A stretch of DNA of 43,868 nucleotides from a virus (lineage: Duplodnaviria > Caudoviricetes), in the IMG/VR virus record IMGVR_UViG_3300046061_000025, positions 1 to 43,868 of that record. The stretch is one strand, 5' to 3'. This document shows, piece after piece, positions 25,338 to 34,775 of this stretch (positions are counted from its first letter, which is position 1; each line of letters starts with the position of its first letter). Made by a program: the position numbers and the translations under genes. The notes beneath the pieces were generated by a model. It did not search any database and had not been told where the DNA came from. It saw only the letters and a program-made list of their open reading frames with translations.

Positions 25338-25760
25338 TCACCCGGCCCGCTCGTCGAGCGCCTCGAGAACGCTATCCCGAGGGTCGCCATCGTCCCGATC
25401 CCGCTCCGCGTCTCGAACGTCGTCGAGGTGGCCGTCGGCGTCGCCATCCTCGATCGCCGCGGTGACGGCCTGCCAGCTCTGGTCGACGAACGCTTCCGCG
25501 TCGAACCCATCGTCCGGTTCGGCGTCGGCGTCGGCGTCCGCTGGTTCGGCGGGTTCGTCCTGTTCGACAGCCGCCGGCGCGTCATCGCCGGCGTCGGCGT
25601 CCTCCGGCCTGATCCAGCCGCGTTCGAGGTAGTGGTCCACGCTGTCGTCCGGTACCTCGTAGGTCGCCGGGCCTTCGTAGTGGTGGGCCTGGTCGTCCAC
25701 ACCTTGGCTGGGGGCTTCGATGAACGTCGCGCGGCGGGGCCAGTGGAGTTCAGTCGCCAT
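25338..25760 (-). CDS. Hypothetical head-associated protein
   Basis: MATELHWPRR start 3 nt after the MCP stop; acidic linker; C-terminal RDSVLEALDER. Confidence 0.7.
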   Translation of the reverse strand: MATELHWPRRATFIEAPSQGVDDQAHHYEGPATYEVPDDSVDHYLERGWIRPEDADAGDDAPAAVEQDEPAEPADADADAEPDDGFDAEAFVDQSWQAVTAAIEDGDADGHLDDVRDAERDRDDGDPRDSVLEALDERAG

Positions 25761-25762
25761 CG

Positions 25763-26869
25763 TCACACGTCCTGGAGGATGCTCCAGTTGTCGGGCCGGT
25801 GGAGATGGAACCCGATCTCTTGGGCGATCTTGAACCACGTCACGAGCGGGTCGTTCTCCGTCCACATCTGCGTGAGGAACCCATTCGCCATGTCGACGCT
25901 GAAGTCCCCACTGGGCGGCGCCTGCCGGCCGTGTTCCGCCAAGCGGTCGGCGAACCAGGGGATGAACGCTGACACGCGGCCGGGGGCGCCGATCACGACG
26001 TTCCGCCGCTGCGTATCAGCAGACTCGTCGTAGGGTTCCAGGATGTTGTCCTTCACGGCGTTCGCGAGATTCTCGGCGACGTTCCCCGAGCCGTCGAGTG
26101 GCTGGCCGTTCGCGTCCGTCCTGACGACCTGGGTGCGGACTTCCTGGATTTCGTCCACCGGGAGGATGTTCGCCACCTGATCCTCCGCCAGCCCCTGCGT
26201 GTCGACCCCGCTGAAGCGGCCTTCCAGGTCGTCGTTCTTCTTCAGGTCCCGGAGGACCGATGGGCTGAGGTAGGCGGTGATCTGGCCCGCGCTATCCAGC
26301 ATATCGCCGGTGTCCTCGATCTGGAAGCTGGCGTCGATGATCGTGTCCTGCGGCGTCGAGTTCGCGGTGTCGCTGAACGCCGTCGACGGCGTAAAGACGT
26401 GGCTCGCGTCGAGGTCGGGGTGGGCGGTCTGGCCTTCCGACCCGATCATCCCGTCGATCCCGCCGTAGCCCCGCCAGGACACCATCGACCTGGCGATCTC
26501 CAAGCGGAGCCGGAGGTTATCCGCACTGGCTTCGAACAGGTTCAGGATCTCTGCATCGGTGTTCAGCTCCGTGTCCGCGCCTTTCTCCGGCGCGGTCTTC
26601 GCCTTGAACGTCTCGACGCCGACGGTGGATTCGTCGAGGTCGTCGATGTGGACGACGCGGGACTCGGCGGAGAGATCGCTGCGGGGCATCGGCATCTCGG
26701 CGCCGTCCATCGTGTAGTACGTTTCACTGCTGTCGCTCAACTCGACGGGCGGGAACACGTCGGTGGCGATCAGTGCGTTCTGCCGCGTCCGATTATCCAG
26801 ATCCCTGACGATCTCGTTCCGAAGCGTTTTCGGCGACACCGTGTCGGCCTGGCTGATTGTGAATGCCAT
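25763..26869 (-). CDS. Major capsid protein (HK97 fold expected)
   Basis: 368 aa after protease and decoration genes; IATDVFPPV near the N-terminus, PDNWSILQDV at the C-terminus. Confidence 0.8.
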   Translation of the reverse strand: MAFTISQADTVSPKTLRNEIVRDLDNRTRQNALIATDVFPPVELSDSSETYYTMDGAEMPMPRSDLSAESRVVHIDDLDESTVGVETFKAKTAPEKGADTELNTDAEILNLFEASADNLRLRLEIARSMVSWRGYGGIDGMIGSEGQTAHPDLDASHVFTPSTAFSDTANSTPQDTIIDASFQIEDTGDMLDSAGQITAYLSPSVLRDLKKNDDLEGRFSGVDTQGLAEDQVANILPVDEIQEVRTQVVRTDANGQPLDGSGNVAENLANAVKDNILEPYDESADTQRRNVVIGAPGRVSAFIPWFADRLAEHGRQAPPSGDFSVDMANGFLTQMWTENDPLVTWFKIAQEIGFHLHRPDNWSILQDV

Positions 26870-26875
26870 CAGTGA

Positions 26876-27295
26876 TCACCTGTAGACCGCAACCGCGACT
26901 CGATCCCCCACGTGGAGCGATCGAACGTTCGTCTCGACCACCAGCCCGTAGGCGTCCGACCGGTCGACGGCCGTGGTGCCGTCGCCGAGGGTGTCGGAGA
27001 CGGTGCCGCCGGCGCGTTCCGCCACGAGGTCGCCCGCCGCTGGCGTGTACGATCCTTCCGGGGTGAGGTAGTACACCGGCTTCGTTGCCCGGACGGTGTC
27101 GTCCGTACTGCTGTCGCTGGGGTCGGTGATCAGCATCCCGATCGCCGCCGAGTCGTCGGTCGCCTGCTGCACCTGCGTGAAGTCGCTGCCCTCCCCCGAA
27201 ACTTCCATCAGATCCCCGGGCTCGCTGGTGCCGGTGTCCGTTACCTCGACGGGGATCTTATCGCCGGGGACGAACGCGACGTATCTGGATGCCAT
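26876..27295 (-). CDS. Putative capsid decoration/cement protein
   Basis: 139 aa, beta-rich, between scaffold and MCP; GDLM...AIGM, AGDLV...AYGLV. Confidence 0.6.
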   Translation of the reverse strand: MASRYVAFVPGDKIPVEVTDTGTSEPGDLMEVSGEGSDFTQVQQATDDSAAIGMLITDPSDSSTDDTVRATKPVYYLTPEGSYTPAAGDLVAERAGGTVSDTLGDGTTAVDRSDAYGLVVETNVRSLHVGDRVAVAVYR

Positions 27296-29106
27296 CAGGG
27301 GTCACCTCCGCTGATCGCGGCCTGCAGCTCGTGTTCCGAACTGTACTCCCCGGGGGAAACGCCGTGTTCGGACTCGATGAAGTCCGTCGGGGCCTGGCCG
27401 CGAGCGTTCGCGGCGTGGATCTCGCGAGCGGTCATCACGGATCGGGCCGCTTGGTCGGTTTCCTCCGGGTCGGTGGCCTCGGATTCGACCGATCCGACGG
27501 TTTCGTCGGCGGCGACGGCCGCCGACAGCTCGTCGCGCTTCGCCTTCGACCGGCCGAACGCCCGCCATCGCTCCCCGGCCATCGCTTCCAGCTCCGACAG
27601 CGGCTTCCCAGCGAGCGCCTCGACGCGATCGTCCTGATCGTCGAGGTCGTACTTCGGGAGTGCCGCTTCGAGGTCGGCGATCTCGGCGCGGAGGTCTTCG
27701 CTGAACGCATCCACCACGTCCTGCGGCGTGAACTCCTCATCGTCCGGGTCGACACCCTGACTGGCGGCGATCTCCCGGAAGTGTTCGGCTTCGACGTCGA
27801 GACTCGCCACCTGCGATTCCAGTTCCTCGATCTGTTCCTGTTTCGCTTCCACGGTGTCCGACGCCTGGGTCAAGGCCGCCTTGGCTGCATCCAGATCATC
27901 CGGGTCCGTGGGAATGTCGTCATCTGTCATGTGTGCAGTGTCCGCATCCGCGATGTCGTTGATGGATCCGGCGGCAGCCCGAAGGGTGCGAACGAGCCCG
28001 TCGGGTGCCTGATTCGGGGAACTCGCTGCCAGCCGACCGGCTGCTTCCGCGGCAGCGGCCAGCTCGGGCAGGTTCCCGTTCGTCGCGCCGTCCACAGCCT
28101 GATCCGGCACCAAATCAATCCGCTGAATCTCCGTCGCCTCGACGACCAGCGCGCCGTCCTCGCGCTGCACCGGCTCACCGCCGTCTTCTTGCAGTGCGAT
28201 GTTGCCGACGATACTGAAGCCGAAGCCGTCGAAAGATCCGGCTTCGGCCGCCTCGACGGCCTTCGGATTCGTGAACTCGGAGTCACGCATCACGATGGCT
28301 TCCCGCCCGTCATCCAGCGTGTCCTGACTGAACTCCCGCGCCACGCCGATCTCGCCGAGCGCGGTCTGGGCCGCCACCGAATCATCATCCGGGTGGTCAA
28401 ACCCGATCGTCGGCGCGTCGCCGGCCTGGACGCGGTCCTGGACGCGCTGATACGTCTCCGGGATGGTTCCCTCGGGGACGAACACTGGGGTGGGGTCGCC
28501 GTTCACCCACAGGTCGTGCTGGCCGCTGGCCCACACGATCCCCCGCAGGCCATCTTCGGACGCCTCGCCGGCGTCGGCCGCCTCGACGTGGGCGTGGAAC
28601 GACCGGGATGCTGCCACGCTCGCACTGAACTCGGGGGCCTGGTCCGCGTCCTCAAGGTCGCCGGCAGCCACCCGCATCACGGTCGCGGTATCGTAGGCGT
28701 CCCGGAGCTGGTCTTCGGAGACGCCGTCGACGCCGCCGCGGGCACCGTTCACCGCCTGTTGGGCGGCCTGGAGCGCGTTCACGTTCACGCTCCCGTCGTG
28801 GCTGTCCCGGAACGGGAGCTTGTAGGCCGATTTCACGTCGGCCTGGTCGCTCTCCATCGCGGGGGCAAGCAGGAAGTTCCGGCGGAACGCATCGAGGTCC
28901 GTCTCGTCACTCGACGGATTCGGATACGACGCTACCGCGTCGCTCCCGTCCCAGGAATCAGTCGTGTAGTCCTGGCTGTCGGGTTCGAGGTCTGGCACCT
29001 GGTAGTTGATGTTCTGGGCGTGGATCACGGCGTCGGTAGCGTCGGCTACCGTTTGCTGCAGATCGTCGATCAGGCTGTGGATCGCCTGGATCTGCTGTGG
29101 ATCCAT
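27295..29106 (-). CDS. Prohead protease/scaffold protein
   Basis: IGFDH...GFSIVG...RIDLVPDQAV protease-like core; C-terminal acidic coiled coil; upstream of MCP. Confidence 0.7.
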   Translation of the reverse strand: MDPQQIQAIHSLIDDLQQTVADATDAVIHAQNINYQVPDLEPDSQDYTTDSWDGSDAVASYPNPSSDETDLDAFRRNFLLAPAMESDQADVKSAYKLPFRDSHDGSVNVNALQAAQQAVNGARGGVDGVSEDQLRDAYDTATVMRVAAGDLEDADQAPEFSASVAASRSFHAHVEAADAGEASEDGLRGIVWASGQHDLWVNGDPTPVFVPEGTIPETYQRVQDRVQAGDAPTIGFDHPDDDSVAAQTALGEIGVAREFSQDTLDDGREAIVMRDSEFTNPKAVEAAEAGSFDGFGFSIVGNIALQEDGGEPVQREDGALVVEATEIQRIDLVPDQAVDGATNGNLPELAAAAEAAGRLAASSPNQAPDGLVRTLRAAAGSINDIADADTAHMTDDDIPTDPDDLDAAKAALTQASDTVEAKQEQIEELESQVASLDVEAEHFREIAASQGVDPDDEEFTPQDVVDAFSEDLRAEIADLEAALPKYDLDDQDDRVEALAGKPLSELEAMAGERWRAFGRSKAKRDELSAAVAADETVGSVESEATDPEETDQAARSVMTAREIHAANARGQAPTDFIESEHGVSPGEYSSEHELQAAISGGDP

Positions 29107-29135
29107 CCCTAACCAGTCAGAGCCAGCCTCAACCT

Positions 29136-29158
29136 ATAAACGGGTATCACGCTGGATA
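29136..29158 (-). promoter_or_regulatory. Late promoter motif copy 3
   Basis: CAGCGTGA-N6-TTTAT, 30 nt to ATG 29106. Confidence 0.7.
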
Positions 29159-29209
29159 TTGAACCAGCGGGAGGGAACCGTATCCGCCCCGGCCATGATC
29201 TAGTTTGGT

Positions 29210-29560
29210 ATGGGCACGCTGATCATCGGGTTCCTCGCCGGCCTGATCTCTCTGGTATTGAATCTCGTCGGGAAATACCGCGACTACTGGTGGTGGGACA
29301 ACCTCGCCCACTACACCGCCGGCATAGCCATCGGCTCCACCTGCCGCCAGTTACCGAGATCAAGGTCGCCGCGGGACGCTGCACTGATCAGCCTCGGGAT
29401 CTCGACGCTGTGGGAGATCGCGGAATTCGAACACGGTGCGTGGCCGTACGGGTCGGACGAACCCCGGGACCGGCAGGCCGAAGACGTACTGCTCGATACG
29501 ATCCTCGTGATGGCCGGTGCGTGGATCGCTGCCCGCCTTGATCACGAGCCGGGTTCCTGA
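29210..29560 (+). CDS. Small multi-pass membrane protein (inverted, moron-like)
   Basis: Hydrophobic helices; WWDNLAH...LWEIAEF...DVLLD pattern. Confidence 0.7.
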   Translation: MGTLIIGFLAGLISLVLNLVGKYRDYWWWDNLAHYTAGIAIGSTCRQLPRSRSPRDAALISLGISTLWEIAEFEHGAWPYGSDEPRDRQAEDVLLDTILVMAGAWIAARLDHEPGS

Positions 29561-29943
29561 TCGCCATCGGTTTCGTCGCGCTGCTGGACGCGCTGTTCGC
29601 CGGGGAGCTCGTAGTTATCCGCGATCCGCGCGATCGCCCGAATCAGGCCACGGATGAACCCGATCCCCGTGATCCGGACGATTTGGACGAACGTGAACAG
29701 CGCGAACGCCGCCAGCAGGATCGCCGCGAGGTACTCGACGACCCACCCGAGGTCCACCTGGAACGACAGCGACGCCTGCAGCTCGATGATCCCCAGGTAC
29801 AGCGCCAGGGAAAACCCGGTGACGACGAGTAGGATCAGGCCGACGAAATAGGCATACGCGAACGATACCTGCCACGGCTCACCCGGCTTCAACGGCTGCA
29901 AGTTACTCCCATACCCATCCCCGTCGTCCTGGGAGCTAGACAT
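29542..29943 (-). CDS. Membrane protein (holin-like candidate)
   Basis: 2-3 hydrophobic segments, charged C-terminus. Confidence 0.65.
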   Translation of the reverse strand: MSSSQDDGDGYGSNLQPLKPGEPWQVSFAYAYFVGLILLVVTGFSLALYLGIIELQASLSFQVDLGWVVEYLAAILLAAFALFTFVQIVRITGIGFIRGLIRAIARIADNYELPGEQRVQQRDETDGDQEPGS

Positions 29944-30394
29944 CGACGGTCACCCCGAGTTTCATCGCCGCCGACCGGATCCTGGATCGGATGTTCCGTA
30001 CTGCCTGATCATCCACGCCGGCACACCCCGGGTGGTCCTTCCCCTCGTACGCATAGAAGATCTCACGAGGTTTCAGGCCGCTATGCCGCCACAGCACCCA
30101 CACGAGGGTTTCCTGCGCGGTGAGGCCATTCCCTAAGAGTTCGATGAGCATTCCGGTGTCGGTGAAGCCATCGCCCTGCTGTAACTGCTTGAGGACGGTG
30201 GAGAGCTTCGGATCACTCGGGGTATCTGCCCAGTCCGGCTGCGCACGCATCACTTGGCGCGAGGCGCGGTTCAGGATCTCACGGCCTTCCTTGTCGAGGT
30301 ACGGAGAGGTGCCGAAGTTCTTCCCCCGCCGCGGTGGTTCGTCAGATCCTGGATCATCCCCGCCAGGCCCGTTCCGTCCCATAGTTGACATCAC
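29936..30394 (-). CDS. HTH DNA-binding protein (sigma-region-4-like C-terminus)
   Basis: GLTAQETLVWVLWRHSGLKPREI...QAVRNIRSRIRSAAMKL. Confidence 0.6.
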   Translation of the reverse strand: MMSTMGRNGPGGDDPGSDEPPRRGKNFGTSPYLDKEGREILNRASRQVMRAQPDWADTPSDPKLSTVLKQLQQGDGFTDTGMLIELLGNGLTAQETLVWVLWRHSGLKPREIFYAYEGKDHPGCAGVDDQAVRNIRSRIRSAAMKLGVTVDV

Positions 30395-30469
30395 GCTAGA
30401 CGTTCACGGCAATAGATGTAAATGGACGGGAAGTCCGTGATAATATTCCAACATATGTGTATTGAAAGG

Positions 30470-31468
30470 TTAAGAGATGGCGGCGCGATCCAACCGCTCA
30501 TTCAACACCGTCGGATTGAACTCCTGTTCCGCATCGATCACCGTCGGCCTGAAGCCGTTCGTGCCCCAGATGCGTTTCAGGTGCACGTCGCCGATGTCAT
30601 CTTCGGTGATCGGTTCCGCCCCCTCCGGTAGTTCTAGTAGGGGCCGGATATCGGATCTGCACCACGGGTGGTTCGGGGGCAGCAGCCACGGCTGTTCGAC
30701 AAGATCCACTGTGACTTCATCCAGCCGTCTGCACACGATGCTGGTTTTCCGGTCGATCACCGCATCATACGTTCCGTACCGGAACCCGTTATTCAGATAG
30801 CGCCGGTGGGTAGCGGTGACGTATGCGTCCTGCACGCTGTCGTGGCTGATCAGCTCAGCTTTCGATCGGGCCGTCTGACCGGTGATCCCGTGTTCGTCCC
30901 GCGTCTCCGCATCCCCATCCAACAACACCTGTTCCACCCGCGTGGCCAGATCGGTCTGATCATCCCGAACCGAAGATACGGGTTCGTTCTGACTGAACCC
31001 GATCTGGATCTGGCGGGTGGCACGATCCCCGATTTCCTCCGCGAGCGAGTCGCTGTTCTCGTACAAGAGCGCCGCGTCGATGTTCCGCAACTCACGGTTC
31101 AACGCCCGATCAGCATGGTCGAAGTTCGGAGAGCCGATAAGGTCCGATTCGTCGAACTGACCGGGAAGTGTCTGCTGCACGCGGTTGAATGATGCTCGTG
31201 CGGCTCGAGCCAATGTAGTTTTGTGGCGTTCTTCCAACCAGCCGACCAGCTTCACTCGGAGTTCTCGCGAGGCGAGCCGAGTGAGCTGTTCGTTCAGTCG
31301 TCGGGCTTTCGACCTGGAGCTGGCCGTCGGCTGCTGCATGATCTCTATGCCTTCGCCCGCGAGGAAGTCCTCGATCACGGACTGCAGTTCACGGACCACG
31401 CGTCTGGCGTGCTGCCGAGCGCGGCGGAGGTCCGTCCCGTTCTTCGATGCTGGATCCCTCGCCGACAT
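30470..31468 (-). CDS. Minor head morphogenesis protein (Mu gpF/SPP1 gp7-like)
   Basis: AELIS, AVIDRKTSIVCRRLD, PPNHPWCRS; follows portal. Confidence 0.85.
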   Translation of the reverse strand: MSARDPASKNGTDLRRARQHARRVVRELQSVIEDFLAGEGIEIMQQPTASSRSKARRLNEQLTRLASRELRVKLVGWLEERHKTTLARAARASFNRVQQTLPGQFDESDLIGSPNFDHADRALNRELRNIDAALLYENSDSLAEEIGDRATRQIQIGFSQNEPVSSVRDDQTDLATRVEQVLLDGDAETRDEHGITGQTARSKAELISHDSVQDAYVTATHRRYLNNGFRYGTYDAVIDRKTSIVCRRLDEVTVDLVEQPWLLPPNHPWCRSDIRPLLELPEGAEPITEDDIGDVHLKRIWGTNGFRPTVIDAEQEFNPTVLNERLDRAAIS

Positions 31469-31474
31469 CGAGGA

Positions 31475-34315
31475 TCACCCGCCCCGCCAGCCTTCCCAGC
31501 CACCCAGCACCCGATCCTTCATACTGGCACAGAATCGGTTCGCCGCCGGTTCGGACATCCCCGAGGAAAGCATTTCACCCTTACAGCACTCGCCCCCACA
31601 GTCGAACTGGCCGTTCATCCTCGCCCAGGCTTTCAGCAGGATCAGCCTGGCCGGTGTCTCGCTTTCCGTCCAGGATTCAGGGTAACTAAATCGGCCATCA
31701 CCACGGGCTGCCTCGATCAGTGCAGATGCAGCTTCATCGCCATCGCTGCCCAGTTCCCCTTCCGGGTTATCCACATCCGCATCAATCTGTCCCGATCCCA
31801 GTTCATCTTCCCGATACACCCGAACGCCATCTTCCACGCCCACCACGTAAGCTGGCTCGTCGCTCGTGGCATCGATCACGTCCCCCTCGGGCCCTTCGAA
31901 TTCCTCGGTGCGAACCTCCACCACCACACCGACACCCTCCGGGGTGTCCACTTCATCCCCTTCCCTATACGAGCCGGCAGCGGCCAGCTCGGCGAACGAC
32001 GCGGCGAGTGCCTCGGATGTCTCGAGCGCCCAATCCACACCAGCATCACCACCCCACCCGAGCCAGGCCACGTGACCCGCATCCCGCCACGGCGTCCCCT
32101 CGTGTTCGTCGGCCACGCCGCTGTTCTGCCTGTGGCGGTTGAACTGGGCCATCCGCTTGACGACATCAGCGGATAGTTCACCGCCTTCCGCTAGCTGTCT
32201 GGCACGCCGCCACCCCGTTTCGGTCATTCCCTCGATCTCGTCGGGGTGTTCGTCGCGCCAGTCTAACACCTGCTGGGCGTTGTCCTGGGCCGCCGCCGGC
32301 GGCGTCAGATCCAGCTCCGATCCGGCCGCCTCGGTCTGGAACTGCGACAGCGGATTCTGCTGATGGAGCGAGTCCCGCAACCCCCTACAGAACGCTTCGG
32401 CTTTCCGGTCATCCCAGCCGGCTTCCGTCACCATATGCGCCATACACGTGTCCATCGACTGCCCCACGTTATCCCAGGCCGCGCGGGCGGCGCGATGTGG
32501 CCACACCTCCGGGTCCACCGGGTACCCGTCGGCTTCGACGTCTCGATTTAGATCTATCTCGTCGTCAGTGTCGTTGAGGCCGAGGCTCGCCAGCACGTCC
32601 CGGCGGTTGATCGCGCTGTCATCGGCGGACGCCCGGGGTTCGCGCCGATCGTCACCCACTGTAGGGCCCTCCATATCGGCAGATGTACGGGTATCGGGCT
32701 GTTGATCCAGGATTTCATCCATCTGCTGTTCTCGATCCCCTGGATCCTCTGGGCCACCTTCCGGCGGCATACCGCTGGTGGGGTCGGTTTCCAGATCCAC
32801 CCCTTCCAGGGTGTTCGCCAGCTCCCGGCCTTCCGCCTCGCTCATACCGAGCAGGCCGGCGTAGTTGAATAGCTGGATGATTTCGGATTCATCCTCCGCC
32901 GCGATCGCCGGCAGCTCATGTTCCACGCTCCCCGCGAGGCCATGGATCTCGGCCTGCACCTGCGCGAACTGATCGAACAGTTCCGAAACTTGGCCTTGCC
33001 AGCCACTGATCTGGTCGAGGAACATCTGCATCATCGAGTTTCGAGATAGCTCCGGGCCCTCTTTCAACTCGATCAAGTCCAATGGGAGAAGGAGGCGGCG
33101 GCTGATGGCTTCGTTGTAGTCGCGGATCATCGAGGACATCGATTCGTCCATCTCGGGCAGCTCGATCGTCTCCGTCTCCCAGTTCTCCGGGACCGCCATC
33201 ACCGTCGCCGTCTGATACTCCTCGAGCGTCTCCAGCGCCGCCTCGATCTGTTGGGCCATCACCAGCTCCAACAGGCGGCCGGATTCGTCCCCGAACTGGC
33301 TATCAGCGGCGTCGACGTACTGGTCGTAATCTTCCTCGACGAGCCACGCCGGCGGATTCACCTTAATAATCACGCCGCCAATACTCGCGATCTCCGCTTT
33401 CCTCCCTTGGAGGCGCTTCAGCTGCATCTTGTTCACGGCGTCGTCGGCGATCGCCTGCAGTGGTGGCGTCCGGTACATCCGAACGTCGAGGACTTCCTGC
33501 CCGATCTCGAGCGCCTGGCGGTCGTCGGTGTGTTTCACGCTTACGTCGGGCTCCCCGCTGTCGTCGTCGAGTTCGAACGTTGTGTAACTCGTCTGTTCCT
33601 GGATATAGATCTCGTCACCCGTCTCGCCGTCCTTCACGTATGATAAATCGTTGACGTTGAGGTGCTGCAGGTCCGTGGAGCGACCGACGTACACTGCGTT
33701 CAGGAGGTTCTGTTCCAGGACGCTGTCGAGGACTTTCGACGGGTCGACGTGCGTCTCCACGCTCGGATCGGCGGTGTAGATCGCGTCCATGTGGTCGGCC
33801 AACCGTTGATCAGCCGCCGTGTCGGGGTCGGCGGGCTGCACCTCGAGGCCGTCCCTCTTAAGCATCAGCGACTTGAGGCGGATCAGGATCCCCGGTATGA
33901 GGTCGTCGTTTGCGAGGATCCACTTCCCCGTATCCGTGGTATAGTCGACGCGGTTCTCGATCAGGTTCGTGATCTGGTCGTCGAGAAACGCCGAATACTC
34001 CCAGTCCGAGAGGTCGAACGCGGAATCCGTGATGTGGATGTCCGAGCCGCTGGCGACGGGTGTGACGGTGGTGTCGCCGCCGGCCTGCCCGCGGACGTTC
34101 ACCCCGCCGGCGCCGCCGGCTTCGGCGTTCAGTGCGGCCTGGATGCGATCGGCGTCTACGTCAGCGTCGTCGGGCACGTCGATCGCGATCTGTTCCCCGC
34201 CTTTAGCGACGATCCGCCCGCCATCCAACCTGGCCGCCCGATCCTCGACGCCCACCTCCGTGTCGGGGTCCGAGCTGCCGGCCAGCAGGCTGCGTAGCGC
34301 GTCCGGTAACTCCAT
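31475..34315 (-). CDS. Portal protein with a long multi-domain C-terminal extension
   Basis: Position between TerL and the gpF-like gene; portal-like N-terminal ~510 aa; 946 aa in total. Confidence 0.7.
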   Translation of the reverse strand: MELPDALRSLLAGSSDPDTEVGVEDRAARLDGGRIVAKGGEQIAIDVPDDADVDADRIQAALNAEAGGAGGVNVRGQAGGDTTVTPVASGSDIHITDSAFDLSDWEYSAFLDDQITNLIENRVDYTTDTGKWILANDDLIPGILIRLKSLMLKRDGLEVQPADPDTAADQRLADHMDAIYTADPSVETHVDPSKVLDSVLEQNLLNAVYVGRSTDLQHLNVNDLSYVKDGETGDEIYIQEQTSYTTFELDDDSGEPDVSVKHTDDRQALEIGQEVLDVRMYRTPPLQAIADDAVNKMQLKRLQGRKAEIASIGGVIIKVNPPAWLVEEDYDQYVDAADSQFGDESGRLLELVMAQQIEAALETLEEYQTATVMAVPENWETETIELPEMDESMSSMIRDYNEAISRRLLLPLDLIELKEGPELSRNSMMQMFLDQISGWQGQVSELFDQFAQVQAEIHGLAGSVEHELPAIAAEDESEIIQLFNYAGLLGMSEAEGRELANTLEGVDLETDPTSGMPPEGGPEDPGDREQQMDEILDQQPDTRTSADMEGPTVGDDRREPRASADDSAINRRDVLASLGLNDTDDEIDLNRDVEADGYPVDPEVWPHRAARAAWDNVGQSMDTCMAHMVTEAGWDDRKAEAFCRGLRDSLHQQNPLSQFQTEAAGSELDLTPPAAAQDNAQQVLDWRDEHPDEIEGMTETGWRRARQLAEGGELSADVVKRMAQFNRHRQNSGVADEHEGTPWRDAGHVAWLGWGGDAGVDWALETSEALAASFAELAAAGSYREGDEVDTPEGVGVVVEVRTEEFEGPEGDVIDATSDEPAYVVGVEDGVRVYREDELGSGQIDADVDNPEGELGSDGDEAASALIEAARGDGRFSYPESWTESETPARLILLKAWARMNGQFDCGGECCKGEMLSSGMSEPAANRFCASMKDRVLGGWEGWRGG

Positions 34316-34340
34316 ACCCGGACAGTCCCTTCAACGCGGG

Positions 34341-34364
34341 ATAAACACGTATCACGCTGAATTC
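34341..34364 (-). promoter_or_regulatory. Late promoter motif copy 4
   Basis: CAGCGTGA-N6-TTTAT, 26 nt to ATG 34315. Confidence 0.75.
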
Positions 34365-34719
34365 ACGAGTCGTCGCCGGCGTCGGCTGGCAGCAGCCACG
34401 TCATCACGCCGCGATCCTCGAAGATCGCCCGGACTGCCTGGTCGACGCTCCCCACCGGCAACGCCACCACCGGGACCGCCACCGGCGAATAGCCGGCATA
34501 CTCCATCGCCTGCGCCGCCTTCTCCCGAACTGTCGAGTCGTGATTCCCCGCTTCTACCGCCAGGTGGTGCGTGCCGAGATTCACCCAGATATCGACGTAT
34601 CCGCCGTGTTCGACGTGATCCAGATACCGCTCCGTCTCGATGTCCGCGTTGGGGTGCTGCTCTTGGATCCACGGCACCACGTGTTCGTCCCGATACTCGT
34701 CTTCCGATAGATCTGCCAT
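34363..34719 (-). CDS. Small PD-(D/E)XK-like fold protein
   Basis: IETERYL...GYVDIWV...LAVEAG...AAQAMEYA. Confidence 0.55.
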   Translation of the reverse strand: MADLSEDEYRDEHVVPWIQEQHPNADIETERYLDHVEHGGYVDIWVNLGTHHLAVEAGNHDSTVREKAAQAMEYAGYSPVAVPVVALPVGSVDQAVRAIFEDRGVMTWLLPADAGDDS

Positions 34720-34744
34720 ACCCCGACGGTCACCCCCGGTCAGG

Positions 34745-34767
34745 ATAAACCAGTGTCACGCTGAATC
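34745..34767 (-). promoter_or_regulatory. Late promoter motif copy 5
   Basis: CAGCGTGA-N6-TTTAT, 26 nt to ATG 34719. Confidence 0.75.
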
Positions 34768-34775
34768 CAGGCCAG

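Noticed and set aside
27289-29112. 607-aa plus-strand ORF, and similar long antisense ORFs (17732..19267, 7568..8575, 37759..38922)
   Set aside because: Mirror frames of real GC-rich genes, with Arg/Ser-rich, non-halophilic composition
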